A stretch of DNA of 64,000 nucleotides from contig JANJGN010000014.1 in the NCBI GenBank assembly GCA_026770705.1, positions 104,656,001 to 104,720,000 on the forward strand, written 5' to 3'. Position numbers and translations under genes: made by a program. Below the pieces are notes generated by a model. That model made no database searches, was not told where the DNA came from, and saw only the letters and a program-made list of their open reading frames with translations. The DNA comes from Isurus oxyrinchus (taxonomy: Eukaryota). This document shows, in pieces, positions 12,651 through 26,139 of the stretch. Numbering within the stretch: the stretch's first letter is position 1; the number at the start of each line of letters is the position of its first letter.

Positions 12651-13479
12651 AATTCTCTTATCTTTACCATCACTGGTTAAGAGGCAAAGGCAAAGTGCCA
12701 TTGGAGAGAATATGCATCAACAAAAGAAATGATGATGATTGCTTTTTAACCCTTGGAGGTTTTCGGGCTGTTGGTCTCATACTTGCTCTTCACAAACCCA
12801 TCAAGTGGACTTGTTTCTGCTAGCTGGTATTGTACTTTGACCCCACTAGAGAAGGTATAGGATGATTAAAAAGGCACAAACAGTGCCTTTAGTACAAGTG
12901 AAAATGAATCTGGTACAAATTCTCTCTCACTCTCTCTCTCTCTCTCTCTCTTCAGGCACCATGACCTAAGAGGACATTGGCAACCATGCCTTGGTCCAGA
13001 ATTATGCTTGGCAACGTACTGAAGTGGTTTGTTGTTTCCTTCTGCAGTATGGCTGACCAGGAGACTGTCCCATTCTTACCATCTGCCATCATGTGCATTG
13101 AAAAGATTTACAGGGTGATAATCAACTTGTATGACCACATTACAAATACAACTTCCATAACCAACAAGTCCTAGAGTTGGACTTGAACCTGGAGGCTGGA
13201 ATCTTCCACTCTGGAGTTTAAGTTTGGTGGCGGGCACGCAAGTCAAAGTGATTTCCACTGTGGAATTGGGGGGGGTGGAATTGCGGGATGGCTAACCACT
13301 TGCAAACTTGTGCTGTTAAGCTCATTACTTATGCATCCATGCAGAATATGGCAAATCTCAAGGCAGGGGTAGGTAGGAAGCCACTGTCCTCGCCTTTCCT
13401 CCATGGGATCAAAGGTCCATATTTAAAGGGTACCCAGGCAGCTTACCCTATCCCTTTCACATTTGCCTGGCCACTACTC

Positions 13480-14000
13480 CAGTATGTCTGAGACATACGA
13501 CCTAGACACCTGGCATCACTCTGACACTGAAATTCATGTTGTTGCTTAACTGTGTGGTAGGCAGAACATCCTTTTGGCCTGATAGCAGCATCCTGCTCAT
13601 GGAAAATACCTCTTGCGTAGCAACTGCATAGTAGTAGCGTGAAATGGCTTGCTTAACCTATTGTTCACATTTTTTAAGAAACTTTGCCTTTCCAGGGTAA
13701 TTTGAGGTAGACCAGGTGCTTTTCAGATCCAAAAGTGGCAAACTTTGGCCCATTTACGAGTTTGGGCAATACACAGCGAACAATGATCTGATCAGGATAG
13801 CCATTGTCCCACAGGAAAGCTTTGATGTGGTCTATTTCTGTGTCAGGCTTGCAAGGTGAGCAAATGGCTAGGGACCCTATTTACAAGGTGGCTGATGAAG
13901 CCAATCTTACAGCACATGGAGCTATATGAATCCCAATATCTAATGTTATGTGATCCTATGATTGAGAACACTTGCTAAACAATCCTGAGTACGCTAAAGT
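13480..14000 (-). mobile_element. Penelope-like (family P2) ORF fragment
   Basis: Collinear with 22150-22580 (cactgaaattcat, ggcagaacatc, gatctgatcagg.tagccatt, ccctatttacaagg). Confidence 0.7.
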
Positions 14001-16074
14001 AAAGCTAAAGAGTCGCATGTGGCTCCGGAGCTGCAGGTTGCAGACCCTAACCTAAGATAAGAAGGAGGAGACAACTAACTAATCTATGGAAGGAGTAGGA
14101 ATAGATCATTGATCAAGATCTTTTTGATATATTTGTTGGTTCCTCTTCCCTTGTTTAGAAGGGTAACAGTCAGTATTGAAAGAGAATGAATGTCAAATTC
14201 AAAGGTAAGTTGACAAAATCAACTACTTGCTCAAGCTAATAGAGATGAAGAAAAGTAAATTAAAGAGGGATGACAAAATTCAGTGGAGCAAATGGAACAG
14301 TTCATTTTTGTCAAGAGAAGATGCAGTACGAATTTGCATTTTTATTAATACTGTGCAAAGTATTGCTTGTTGAGGAACGTGTACATTTCAGATCAGAAAC
14401 AAACTTCTAATAGGCTAGAAAGTAAAAGTGCAAATTATAGACGGTTATGATATCACTAGGAATGATTATTCAGAAAATATTGAAAGAAGAAAAGTGATGG
14501 CTGTTGATGCTGAGTAGCTGCAATGCTCTAAACTGAATTTCTCACTAATACGTAGTTTTGACGATATTAAGGAGAGGATTTTGTTTGTGACTCAACTATG
14601 GAAATGTGGCAGTTTTTCCTTAAAACAAAGCTTATTCAGAATTCAAGACTTGCATGGAACTGGTTGGCAATTGTTACATGGTATATTGTTATTTCACCTC
14701 TGGCTTCAAATTCAGCCCAGAATGAAGGGATGAAAGTTTCCACTGTTGGCTGGCTGTGAATTGCTGTGTGTGGTGATGGGTTCAGGAAATGTGTTTCTGG
14801 AGAAAGAAGAAACTGGGGAAAGAAGTGGGGAGCTTGTTGGATCTATTGACTTTTCCCTGATCCTAAAAATTCCTGTTGTCTTTATGAATTTGCAAAGTTT
14901 CAACCCAGTTTCTAATCTGTGGAGGCCAACAGCACCAAACTATGCGGTACCAATGTACACTAATCTCACGAAGAATGGAAACTGCTGCAAGAACCAGGAA
15001 AGCATGCTCTACAAGACTAGGGTTAAGACACATTATTGTGGCAGAGGAAAGTGGGCTTTATTGAGCAGCTGTGTTACAATTAGCATAGGACTGCTTAATG
15101 CTGAACTTGGGGCTGGATTTTCAAAAGCCCATGAGAGCGAGGTTGGGTGAGGGCACCTGAATCACTATCTCATGGCTCACTGAATCCCAACGCCCCCAGA
15201 ATGTGAGGCAATTTCAAAAGGATGGCTGGAGAGGGGGAGCCAGCAACCTGCACACCTGCAATGAACAGATTATTGAGCTCATTGTGGATTTTATTAACAG
15301 TATTTAGAGGATTGTCTTCCCATGGCTCCACTTTACTTTAGGTAGGGTCACTGAATTTCAGAAACTCATCTGCCTCTGAAGTTCCAGAAAGCCCCTCTTT
15401 GTATGTTACACCCGAGGCCCAGCATCTTCGCTGTATCTGTCATCAATCCACAGAAGCGGTCTGTCCACAGCTGACTCTGCCTCACTTTCTTTCTCCTGCT
15501 CACTTGTATGGTATATATCACCAGTGCTCCTCGCTGTAAGCTAGATTGAGGCCCAACAGAGGTGACTGTGTTCTGCACTACAGAGGGATGATATGACGGT
15601 GCAACCCACCGAGGAGATCAGCAACAGCTGTGGTGCAATATCTTGCTCCCCCTCCACCACTGGCCCTGGGGGAAAACATAATAAGGCTGCTCAACAAATG
15701 TCTCTGTACAACCAACCCTCTAGATGACAGCTGTTGTACAACCACAGAGTGCATTAGGCAGGAGTGACTTCTGTGCTCTTCACCTGTAGATTGAGCTATC
15801 AAGTGATCCTGTCCTTCATGGCCTCCTGTCTCGTCATATGATCCACAGCCTGACACTATGGCACTCTTGAGATCTCCAGGGTTGCCTCCTCCATTATGGT
15901 CAATGTATGGAGCTGTGGCACACAACCACCCATTTCAGACATCTCTTTGGAATTATGTGCTGTCTTCATTTACAGAATGACAAATTTAGAGAAGGCTGCC
16001 CTCCCTCACAATTCAACATGACATGCACATGTCATGTTGCATGCCTCAGTGATGTCCCTTTAGTGATGTCCCCT

Positions 16075-16430
16075 GGGAGGCAGTGGCGTAGAGGTATTGT
16101 CACTGGATTGGTTATCCAGATATCTAGGGTAATGCTCTGGGGACCCAGGATCAAACCCCATGGATGGATGGAATTTGAATTCAATAAAAATCTGGAATTA
16201 AAAGTCTAATGACGGCCATGAAACCATTGTTCATTGTTGTAAAAACCCAACTGGTTCACTAATGTCCTTTAGGGAAGGAAATCTGTTGTCCTTACCTGGT
16301 CTGGCCTACATATGACTACAGACCCACTGCAATGTGGTTGGCTCTTAAATGCCCTCTGAAAAAGGGACAATTAGGGATAGGTAATAAATGCTGGCCTCGT
16401 CAGCAATGCCCACATCCGATGAATAAATTT
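16075..16430 (+). mobile_element. tRNA-derived SINE (family S1), full length
   Basis: Head gggaggcagtggcgtagaggtattgtcactgg...ggatcaaacccc; 3' tail matches the LINE L-A tail. Confidence 0.85.
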
Positions 16431-16434
16431 TTAA

Positions 16435-18112
16435 AAATCTCCAGCCAGAAGTGCCAAGTGGATGATCCATCTCAGCATCCTCCTGAAGTGCCCAGCATCA
16501 CAGGTGCCAGTCTTCAGCCAATTTGATTCACTCCACATGATATCAAGAGATGGCTGAAGGCACTGGATACTGCAAAGGCTTAGGGCCCTGACAATATTCC
16601 TGCAATAGTACTGAAGACTTGTGCTCCAGAACTTGCTGCACCCCCATCCAAGCTGTTCCAATACAGTTACAACACTGGCATCTACCCGACATTGTGGAAA
16701 ATTGCCCAGGTATGTTCTGTACATGAAAAGCAGGACAAATCCAACCCAACCAATTACCGGACCATCAGTGTACTCTCGATCATCAATAAAGTGATGGAAA
16801 TGGTCATCAACAGTGCTATCAAGAGGCACTTGCTTAGCAACAACCTGTTCACTGACACCCAGTTTGGGTTTGCCAAGGCCACTCGGCTCCAGACCTCATT
16901 ACAGCGTTGGTTCAAACATGGACAAAAGAGCTGAACTCCTGAGGTGAGGTGAGAGTGACTGCCCTTGACATCAAGGCAACATTTGATCGAATGTGGCATC
17001 AAGGAACCCTAGCAAAACTGGAATCAATGGGAATCAGGAGGAAAACTCTCCACTGGTTGGAGTCCTACCTAGCACAAAGGAAGATGGTTGCGGTTGCTGG
17101 AGGTGAGTCATCTCACCTCCAGGACATCACTGCAGGAGTTCCTCGGGGTAGTGTCCTCAGCCCAACCATCTTCAGCTGCTTCATCAATTACCTTTTTTCC
17201 TTCATAAGGTCAGAAATTGGGATGTTCCCTGATGATTGCACAATGTTCAGCACCATTTGTGACTCCTCAGATATTGAAGCAGTTCCTGTCCAAATGCAGC
17301 AAGATCTGGACAATATCCAGGCTTGGGCTGACAAGTGGCAAGTAACATTCATGGCACACAAGTGCCAGGCAATGACCATCTCCTACAAGAGAGAATCTAA
17401 CCATCGCCCCTTGATGTTCAATGGCATTACCATGACTGAATACCCAACTAACAACATCCTGGGGATTACCATTGCCCAGAAACCAAACTGGACTAGGCGT
17501 ATAAATACTGTGGCTACAAGAGCAGGTCAGAGGCTAGGAATCCTGCGACGAGTAACTCACCTCCTGACTCCCCAAAGCCTGTCCACCATCTACAAGGTAC
17601 AAGTCAGGACTGTGATGGAATACTCTCCACTTTCCTGGATAAGTGTAGCTCCCACAACACTCAAGAAGTTTGACATCATCCAGGACAAAGCAGCCCACTT
17701 GATTGGCACCACATGCACAAACATTCACTCCCTCCATCTCCGACACACAGTAGCAGCAGTGTTAACCATCTACAAGATGCACTATAGGAATTCACCAAGG
17801 CTCCTTTGAGAGCATTTTCCAAACCCGTCACCTCTACCACATAGAAGGGCAAGGGCAGAAGATGCCTGGGAACACCACCACCTGCAAGCTCCTCTCCAAG
17901 CCACACACCACCCTGTCTTGGAACTATATCACTGTTGTTGGGTCAAAATCCTGGAACTCCCTCCCTAACAGCACAGTGGGTGTACCTACACCACATGGAT
18001 TGCTGTGGTCAAGAGGGTGGCTTCATCACCTCCTTCTCATGGGCAATTTGGGATGGGCAATAAATGCTGGCCTAGCCAGCGATGCCCACATCCTGTGAAA
18101 GAATAAAAAAAA
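16435..18112 (+). mobile_element. CR1/L2-group LINE (family L-A), 5'-truncated RT plus 3' UTR
   Basis: KALGPDNIP, WKIAQV..HEKQDKSNPTNYRTIS, ALDIKATFDRMWH, GVPRGSVLSP, MFPDD (decayed catalytic motif); tail cccacatcctgtgaaagaataaaaaaaa. Confidence 0.92.
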
Positions 18113-18489
18113 TACAATATCTGAAACATCACAAGAAAGTATAGAATGAGAAGTTTACTTTTTCCTGTCAATATATGCGACCTATTCAATAATAGGCTGT
18201 TTCCCAATAATTAAATGTTTTGAGAAAATGCCTTCTAATCGACAAAGGAAACCTGTCAGGACTCCAGAATGTTACCTTTCCAATATTCAGTTCTGTTCTG
18301 CTGCCCCTAAGAGAAGATTTCCCTTCCTTGTCCCATCAATTCAGTATGTCCAGCAGGCTACCTAATCACTACAGTCCATACCTATCCCGATAATTACCAA
18401 TCCTGATCCAAAAAGTGTATTGCACATTTTTAAAGGAGTTTAATCATATGACCTTCTGTGCTAACTCTGTCCAACTTATCCCTTACATG

Positions 18490-18750
18490 TAGGGTTACCA
18501 ACCCTCCAGGATTGCCCTAGAGTCTCCAAGGCGTTAAGATTAATTTACTGGATGCTGCTGTGGGCAGCTCACAGAGGAAAATCACAATGGTGTTTAAAAA
18601 ATTATGAATTTGTTTCACATTCTTCGAACACTTTCATTTATTAGTATATAAATACTGGAAATGGGGAAAAAGATTGTTTGATTCGTTAGGGCTGTTGGAG
18701 ATGGGAGGTCAGGTGATATAGCATCCAGGGAAACAGGGTTAGCAACCTTA
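18490..18750. mobile_element. hAT-like MITE
   Basis: TIRs tagggttaccaac / gttagcaacctta; imperfect 8-bp TSD cttacatg (18482-18489) / ctcacatt (18751-18758). Confidence 0.65.
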
Positions 18751-20089
18751 CTCACATTATGAGAAAAATTCTTCCAACCCTAGACTTGTTTAAGCTTGTT
18801 AATTTAAACATATACTCACCTCTTTTGATGCAAGATCTATCAAACAAGCTGCCTAAGTATGCCTCCCTATTCTCAGCATGCATTCACACCACAACGATAG
18901 CAGCGCTGTGAAGTAGTTTTGCTTTGTGTCTTTTATAGCTAAAATGATGCCTAAATCTGGTATGAAGACTGAACCTGGCATTCGAGGGAAGTGAATTGCG
19001 ACCCCTGGGAGATTGAAGTCTCAGTCTACTTCACTGCACAGAAAGATTGAGTCCAAGATACCCAATTTATCCTTCACATGTTTAGCATTCAGTGCAAAGC
19101 CAGAAGTATCGTGCAACTTCACTAAATGTGTTCTGTGAGTGCACTGTAAAAGTCCTGAATTATGACCTTTCCTTGACACTAACATGGCGACATTGCCCCA
19201 GAATTTCTATAGCTATTGAGTGATCTAGGAATTAAGGATGAAATCAAACTTTCAAAAACAATAGCACTTCTTTAATTGATGAAAAATGTAGAATTTATTT
19301 TATGCATTTCTAATATCCACTATTGCTGTTAGTTTCTAGTGCTCATTTCTTCCTAAAAAAGCAAGGTGCTGGTGTGCATGACAAAAGCCATTCCAAATAA
19401 CTGTTAATTGAATGGAATGAGTAATGAGCTACCATAATGCAAATGATCAAAGCTGATCATAAATGCATTTCTGAAACAAACTTCTACTTCTGAATGTTTA
19501 GGCAGCATGATCAGAATTACTATTTTTATGACTGGATGAACTTGCAATATGTGCAGGCTCAGTGAACAAATCCTGTGTTTATATGAGACCTGGGTCCGCT
19601 CACAATATAGATGATGGTTGACAAAGCATGATACAACCGGTCTGTCAACTCCTATCTCCGTTAGGTTAGAAGTGCAGCAAAACAATTAAGCTTGTAATTT
19701 CTTTGCAGTTTGGAGAATATTCTGTGAAGAATGTGTGTTAGCTTGATAATTTTCAAACTTTCCATTCACCCAGGGCTGGATTTTCAATATGGCATCGGGA
19801 ACCCGACACCTGGACCATTCCCAGTTTCTGACCCTGTGCTGCATCACTGTCAGTGACATGGATTGGTTTTCAAATGCATTGTCTTAATTGGCCATAGACA
19901 AGTCTCGCACCCAATTAGTGATGTTCAGAGTGGCCTGGAGGCAACACCCAGTAACAGAGGATGACTTTAAAAGGTAAATGGCAGCCATGAGCAAGCTTGC
20001 TGTTGCCTGACAGCTTGGATCAGCACAGATATCAGAAGGCCAGAGCTGGCCTGGACAGGTTCCCTGTTCTATCATACTCTTAACTTGCG

Positions 20090-20530
20090 CCATCTAGATA
20101 ATGGACAGGCTTTGAGGAGCCAGGAGGTGAATTACTCACAGCAGAATTCCCAGCCTCTGATCTGCTCATGTAGCCACAATATTTATATGGCTGGTCCAGT
20201 TCAGGTTCTGGTCAATGGTAAACTCCAGGATGTTGATAGTGAATTCAGCAATGGTAATGCCATTGAATGTCAAGGGGAGATGGTTAGATTCTCTCTTCTT
20301 GGAGATGGTCATTGCATGGCATTTGTGTGGCACAAATATTACTTGCTATTTATCAGCCTAAATTTATCAGTCCAGATACTTCTGAATATGGACATGGACT
20401 GCTTCAGTATTTGAAAAGTCGTAAATGGTACTGACCATTGTGCAATCATCAGCAAACATCTGACCTTATGATAGAGGGTAGGTTATTAATGAAGATAGTT
20501 GGACCTAGAACACTACCCTGATGAACTCCT
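20090..20530 (-). mobile_element. LINE L-A RT fragment
   Basis: Reverse complement of about 17150-17600. Confidence 0.8.
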
Positions 20531-21584
20531 TTGCTGCAGTATAAACTTTAGCATGCTAATATATCAATTCTTAGCTTTTATTTTAAAAAAATCATAACTT
20601 GTAGCATCAGATGGTATCAGTGACATCACTAATCATATTGTTTGTCATTACACCATTCTCTGTAAATAAGCATGGTAAAATGGTCTGTAAGGCATGTTAC
20701 CATGGCAACAAGCCTCCTCAAACAGCAATAGGTTTGAATAAATATTGTTTTTGTGCATTAGAGGATTTAGGCTGAACCTGAAGAAATTTTAAATCATTAA
20801 CAAACTAAAGTTAGAGCATTTAATGGAATGCAAACTTCCTGTGGAGAGTGATTTGTGTTTGGAAGGTTTTCAGAGAGCATCGTGTCACAAGTGAGTAATG
20901 GTGAGCCACAAGCATTGCTTATTTATCTTATTTCACCACTGGTCATGACATATAGCATTTATACTCACATCCAAATTATAATTTTAAGCTAATTTATATT
21001 CTTAAGCTGTCATTGGAACAGTGGGACGAAAAGTTGCTGTTGCTCACTGATAATAGTGAAATTGATTTTCTCAGCAATGGGTAGTCAACAATTCACATTG
21101 TGTTTTGGTCTGATAGTAAAGTGAATATACAAAACTGTGAAGAAAATATACTAATGGATATTAATATGAGGGAAGAGGTGGGGTGAGCAAGCAAATTTGA
21201 TGAGATTGGAAAAGCAGAAGGTGTGTAAATGAATTGATTTATTTTATGTTCTCTTAGTAATGCTTATTCCATTTCCTCCAACAGTAAACCTATCAATAGT
21301 CCTTGAGGATTATTCTTGTCAACATTTTCATTATAAGTTTCACGTCCATATTTTTATGGGAATTGCCAATGTCAACTTGACACACCAGAATTACACCCTG
21401 CCACCAGACATAGCTCTCTAGTTTATCAATTTTGTTTCTCCCAGCAATTTGCTTGGGACAGACAAACTCCTATGGTCCAATTTATCTATTTTTCTGTTTT
21501 CCAGATTGCTATAGCTCTTACTATTTAACTATATATCAAATTACGACATATAAAATAAAGACAGAATATATAACTTGAGTATTG

Positions 21585-22625
21585 CTGTAAAAAGAGACAT
21601 GTTGAAGCTTTTTATCTTGCACTCATCAGCACACTTCACAAGAATACCAAGATAAGGGGAAACCAAAAATTTATGTTGATGTGAAGAGAGTGCTGATTGG
21701 TTGGCAAGTGTACTCTGATAGGTAGAGGTATTGCCATGGAGAATGCACCAGTTATGGTGACTGACAGTTAACTGCCAAACATTGTTTGAAATTTAAACCA
21801 AACAGCTTCATCCTGATTGGTCAAGGCATTGCCCTAAGGAATAAGTCAGTGAATGGCTGTCACTTATTTTGTTTAGCTCAAATAGGCATGTCCACGTTCT
21901 TTCTGTCTGCAAAGAACAGGGCCCTGTGTATTAATATATGAGTCACACTGCAAGCCCGACTGACAATCTTAAATTGATTGTCAGCATAATTCTTAGCACA
22001 CTGAGGATTATTTAGCAAATGTTGCTCAATCACAAAATCACATCTAATGTTGGACACTGTGTTTTGAGTTTTGCAAGCACAGGCAGGTTAGCTGTTGCAA
22101 ACAGTGGCTGGGACATGCTGTTTGATACGATCCACCGGTCTTTGGGGCATACGGCCTACATGCCTACACACTGGCACTGAAATTCATATACCACGTTACT
22201 CACTTGTGTGATAGGCAGAACATCTTTTTGGCTTGATGGCAGCATCCTGTTAGTGGTGAATACCACTCATGTTGCTACTGCATAGTAGCAGCGTGAAACA
22301 GTTAGCTTCACCTGTTGCTCTAATTTTTGAGATACCTTGCCTTTCCAGAGTAATCTGAGGTAGACTGGGCACTTTTCAAGGCTGAAAGTGATGGCCTTAG
22401 TCCTATTCATGAGTTTGCATGACATACAGCACAAAATGATCTGATCAGGGTAGCCATTATCCTACAAGATGCCTTTGGTGCGCCCTACTCCAATATCAAG
22501 CTTGTATGGTGAACAAATAGCTCGAGCCCTATTTACAAGGTTGCTGATAAGACCAATCTGACAGCATGTGGAAATGAAAAAAATCACAATGCGTATATTT
22601 ACCAGTGGAGGTAGGCTTATGGCAG
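21585..22625 (-). mobile_element. Penelope-like element (family P2): GIY-YIG endonuclease region and 3' UTR with hammerhead motif
   Basis: Minus-strand translation DVLPITQVSNVVYEFQCQC...(Y)VGR near 22140-22225; KIGLISNLVNRARAICS-type RT C-terminus; CTGATGA...AAGCTTC motif at 21629-21604. Confidence 0.75.
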
Positions 22626-23659
22626 GCTGTGGTAGAGTATCCCCTGGCAGATTTCTCAACTAGTACATCAAGGAAGCGGGGTTCATTTGACTGCTCCATT
22701 TCAAAGGTGAATTTGAATGCAGGATGGAGCCCATTAAGACATATAAGGAAATTATTGCATGCAGCTGCAAATTTAAATATATATAACTTTAAATGACTGA
22801 ATTATGTTTGTACATCCTGGATGCAGCATCCCCAATCCTCCAGTCCTGCCCACCCCTAAGAACACATCTGACCTTGACTCTGATGTGGCTGAATTGGGAA
22901 ATATTTAACAAGTCGGGGTTGAGTATTGAAGACATGAGGATGGCTCAGTTAGCTTTGGCAGGTTTCAGGAATCATTTATAAAGCAGCTATGCATGATCTA
23001 CAGAAGGAGCAGATTCATTGGGGTAAGTGACCCTTTCTGAATTGATACTGTTGTGTGGGAACATGCATATATGTGTATTTTTTCTAGAAACTATTAAAAA
23101 CTTTGATTTCTTCCAAACTGCCCTATGTCTCAGCTTAAAATTTAGCTCAGGGCATCTTCAGCTTTCCAGCTTCAATCTTCAATCCAACTTCAATCCAGAA
23201 TGTTAACTTCAGATCAAAAAATATACATTTTTCATGTGTTATGTAGATTAGGTTGTCAATTAGTTCACTATGTTGATGCTCATTTAAGTACATGTACAGT
23301 TGAGGCTTAACATTGGAATGAGTGAATAGATATTGCAGAGATAAACATGTTCAATAGCTCTCAGCTGTGTTCCCTAAATGCACAATTCGCCAATTAAACA
23401 TCGTAAAGACTCACATAAAGGCAAAAATGAGAGACCATTTGCTTCAGCCTGTTATTTAGGCCCATGTACAAGAAGCATTGTTATTATTTTTATTAGGTAC
23501 CCAATAAGGATTCAGTGGGATCTTTTATTATTATAATTCATTCTCAGGGTGCAAGAATTGCTGGCATTCCTAATTGCTCTTGAGAAGCTAGTGGTGAGCC
23601 ACCTGTTTGAAACATTGCAACCTATATAGTGTAGAAACACACACACTGCTTTTCTCTCT

Positions 23660-23945
23660 GATCTAGTGGTTGCTGTGGATCGGGAGTTGCATGTAGGCCA
23701 TGCCAGGTATGGATGGCAGATTTCTTCCCCTGAAGAGCTATGAAGATAGTTAGTGAAGATGGTTTTATAACAACCCAGTAGTTTCACGGTCGCCATTAAT
23801 GAGACTAGCATTTTATTCTAGATTTTTCAATTAATTGAACTTAAATTCCCCCCCAGCTGCCATGGTGGTATTTAAACACATGCCTCTGGAGCAAGTCCAG
23901 TCCCTTGGATTGCTAGTCCAATAACATTACCACTATACTACTGTT
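23660..23945 (-). mobile_element. SINE S1 copy, adjacent to an L-A-type tail at about 23510-23645
   Basis: Reverse complement of the S1 body (catgtaggcca, gcagatttc, cattaccacta head). Confidence 0.7.
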
Positions 23946-24264
23946 CAAATCGTTCATATAAGCCTTTCCTTTTTGTGTATTTCAGAAACTTAATTCGTTA
24001 CCCTGGTTGAAACACATTTTAGATGTCATGTCATACTTACCACAAATGTGAACACAATTTTAAAAGGATATATACATTTCTTCACCCTTGCTTCCCAGCA
24101 CATGCATGTGTGCACAGAATTTGAGAAATTTCTCATTGGACTGTGTAACTTCACTGCTCAATCCTGCCTTAGGGGATTGTAGGTTCACCAATGCATCCCA
24201 TTTGTTTTCATTCTCCTTGCCTGGACATATTCTAAAGTTGTAAAAAGAATTTTAAAAATATAAC

Positions 24265-24960
24265 AATAAACAGAGGGACCTGAGGGTGCATGTGCATTGA
24301 TCTTTGATGGTGGCAAGACATATTGAGAGAATGGTTAGCAAAGCATATGGGATCTTGGGCTTAAATAGAGGCATTGAGCAGGGAAGCTATGTTGAACCTT
24401 CATAAAGTTCTGGTTACGTCCCTAATAGAGTATTGCATCCAGCTCTGGTCACTGGACTGTCAGGAAAGCTGTAAACATCCTTGAGAGGTTGAAGCAGAGA
24501 TTTACCATCCTTATGGTTCTAAGGGTTGGTGGGGATGGGAGGGGGTTAATTATAAGGTTAGGTGGAAAGGCTGGGGTTATTCTTCGAGGAACAAAGGAGT
24601 TTCAGGGGATATTTGTACTGGTTGACAATATTATGACAGACTTAGATAAGATAGACAAGAAAGAGCTCTTCCCATTAGCTGATAGTATGAGGAAAATGGA
24701 TACAGATTTCAAGATTTTGGGCAAGAGATACAGGGGAATGTGAGGAAGAACTTTTTTTATGCAGTGAGTGGTAATGACCCGGAACTCACTATCCACGTGG
24801 GTGGCAGATTCAAAAAGAAATTGGATGGGCACGTAAAGAGAATAATCTTGCAGGGCTATGGGGATTGAGGGGGAATGAGACTGACTGGATTACTCTGTAG
24901 GTAGCTGATATTGACTCAATGGCTGAATGGTTTCCTTCTGTGCCATATACAACTCAATGA
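24265..24960 (+). mobile_element. Degenerate CR1 3' portion
   Basis: cagagggacctgagggtgcatgtgca...gagtattgcatccagctctgg...gggctatggg...ggctgaatgg. Confidence 0.8.
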
Positions 24961-25579
24961 CTCCAAAAGGATAAGGGAAAGTTGATCAGTATGTAAATCT
25001 CATTTTCTCATCGAGTTGCTCTTTCATGGACATGTGATTCTGAAGCTATGCACCAAGTTCATATCTTTCTGGCGGATTCAGAAATCAAGAGCCTGATTTT
25101 TTGGCACTCTATGAAGTAAGACAGGCAGGCATTTAAAATAGTGGCACCATTGGCATGTTGATTTCCCATCGCCATTCCCAACACTGGCAAGTTTGGTCCG
25201 TCCAATCCAGATAACCAGTCCGATTTGCATTTGAGAACAATTAATGTTGTTAAAGAGCTCAGTTAAAGCCTGTTGAGGGCTATGTTCAGATTTTGGTGGG
25301 GACTCACACACTGCAGACTGGGTCATGAGCAGACCAGGTGCATGGAGGCGACAACACAACTAGAAGCTAGTCATGGCCACTCCAGGGAATCACGTGGGTC
25401 GATAAAAAGGAGAACGGCTCAGAGGGGGACTTGTCCATTAGTACATAGGTGCCATCGTGTGTGCAAAGATTGTGGGCAGACTGTTTACTGTGCTCGGGCA
25501 GTGCAATGGGTTGTTAACCTCCTGACATCATGGGGAGTAAGAGAAGACAGCAAAGCTTCTTGGCACAATTACATGCAAA

Positions 25580-26110
25580 CATACGAATTGGGAGCAGGAG
25601 TAGACCAGTTGGCCCTTCGAGTTTGCTCCACTATTGAATAAGATCATGACTGATCTGATTGTAACATAAACTCCTCATTCCTGCCTACCCCAACAACGTT
25701 TCACCCCTTTGCTTATCAAGAATCTATATACCTCTACCTTAAAAATATTCAAAGACCCTGCCTCCACTGCCAGTTGAGGAAGAGAGTTCCAAAGATTCAC
25801 AACCCTCTGAGAGAAAAAAATTCTCCTCATCTCTGTCCTCTATGGGGGCAACTGTTTATTTTTAAACAGTAGCCATGACTACTAGGTTCTCCCAGAAGAG
25901 GAAACATCCTCTCCACATTGAGACTGTCAAGACCCCTCAGGATCTTATATGTTTCAATCAAGTCGCCTCTTATTCTTCCAAGCGCTAGCCTGTCCAACCT
26001 TTCCCCATAAGACAACCTGTGCAATCCAGGTATTAGTTTAGTAAACCTTCTCTGAACTGCTTGCAAAGTATTTACATCCTTCCTTAAATAAGAGACCCAC
26101 ACTGTACATA
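25580..26110 (-). mobile_element. CR1 3' portion
   Basis: ORF 25827-26102 LQAVQRRFTKLIPGL..LSYGERL..RGDLIETYKIL. Confidence 0.85.
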
Positions 26111-26139
26111 GTAGAGTACCTGAGCACAGGGAAGGCAGG

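Noticed and set aside
12920-12960. (TC)n followed by ttcag as a cryptic GPR39 exon acceptor
   Set aside because: Simple microsatellite; the downstream sequence has no GPCR-like coding potential.
14009-14050. hAT-like terminal sequence (gagtcgcatgtggctccggagctgcaggttgcagaccct)
   Set aside because: Only about 40 bp with no matching opposite end found, too little to call an element.
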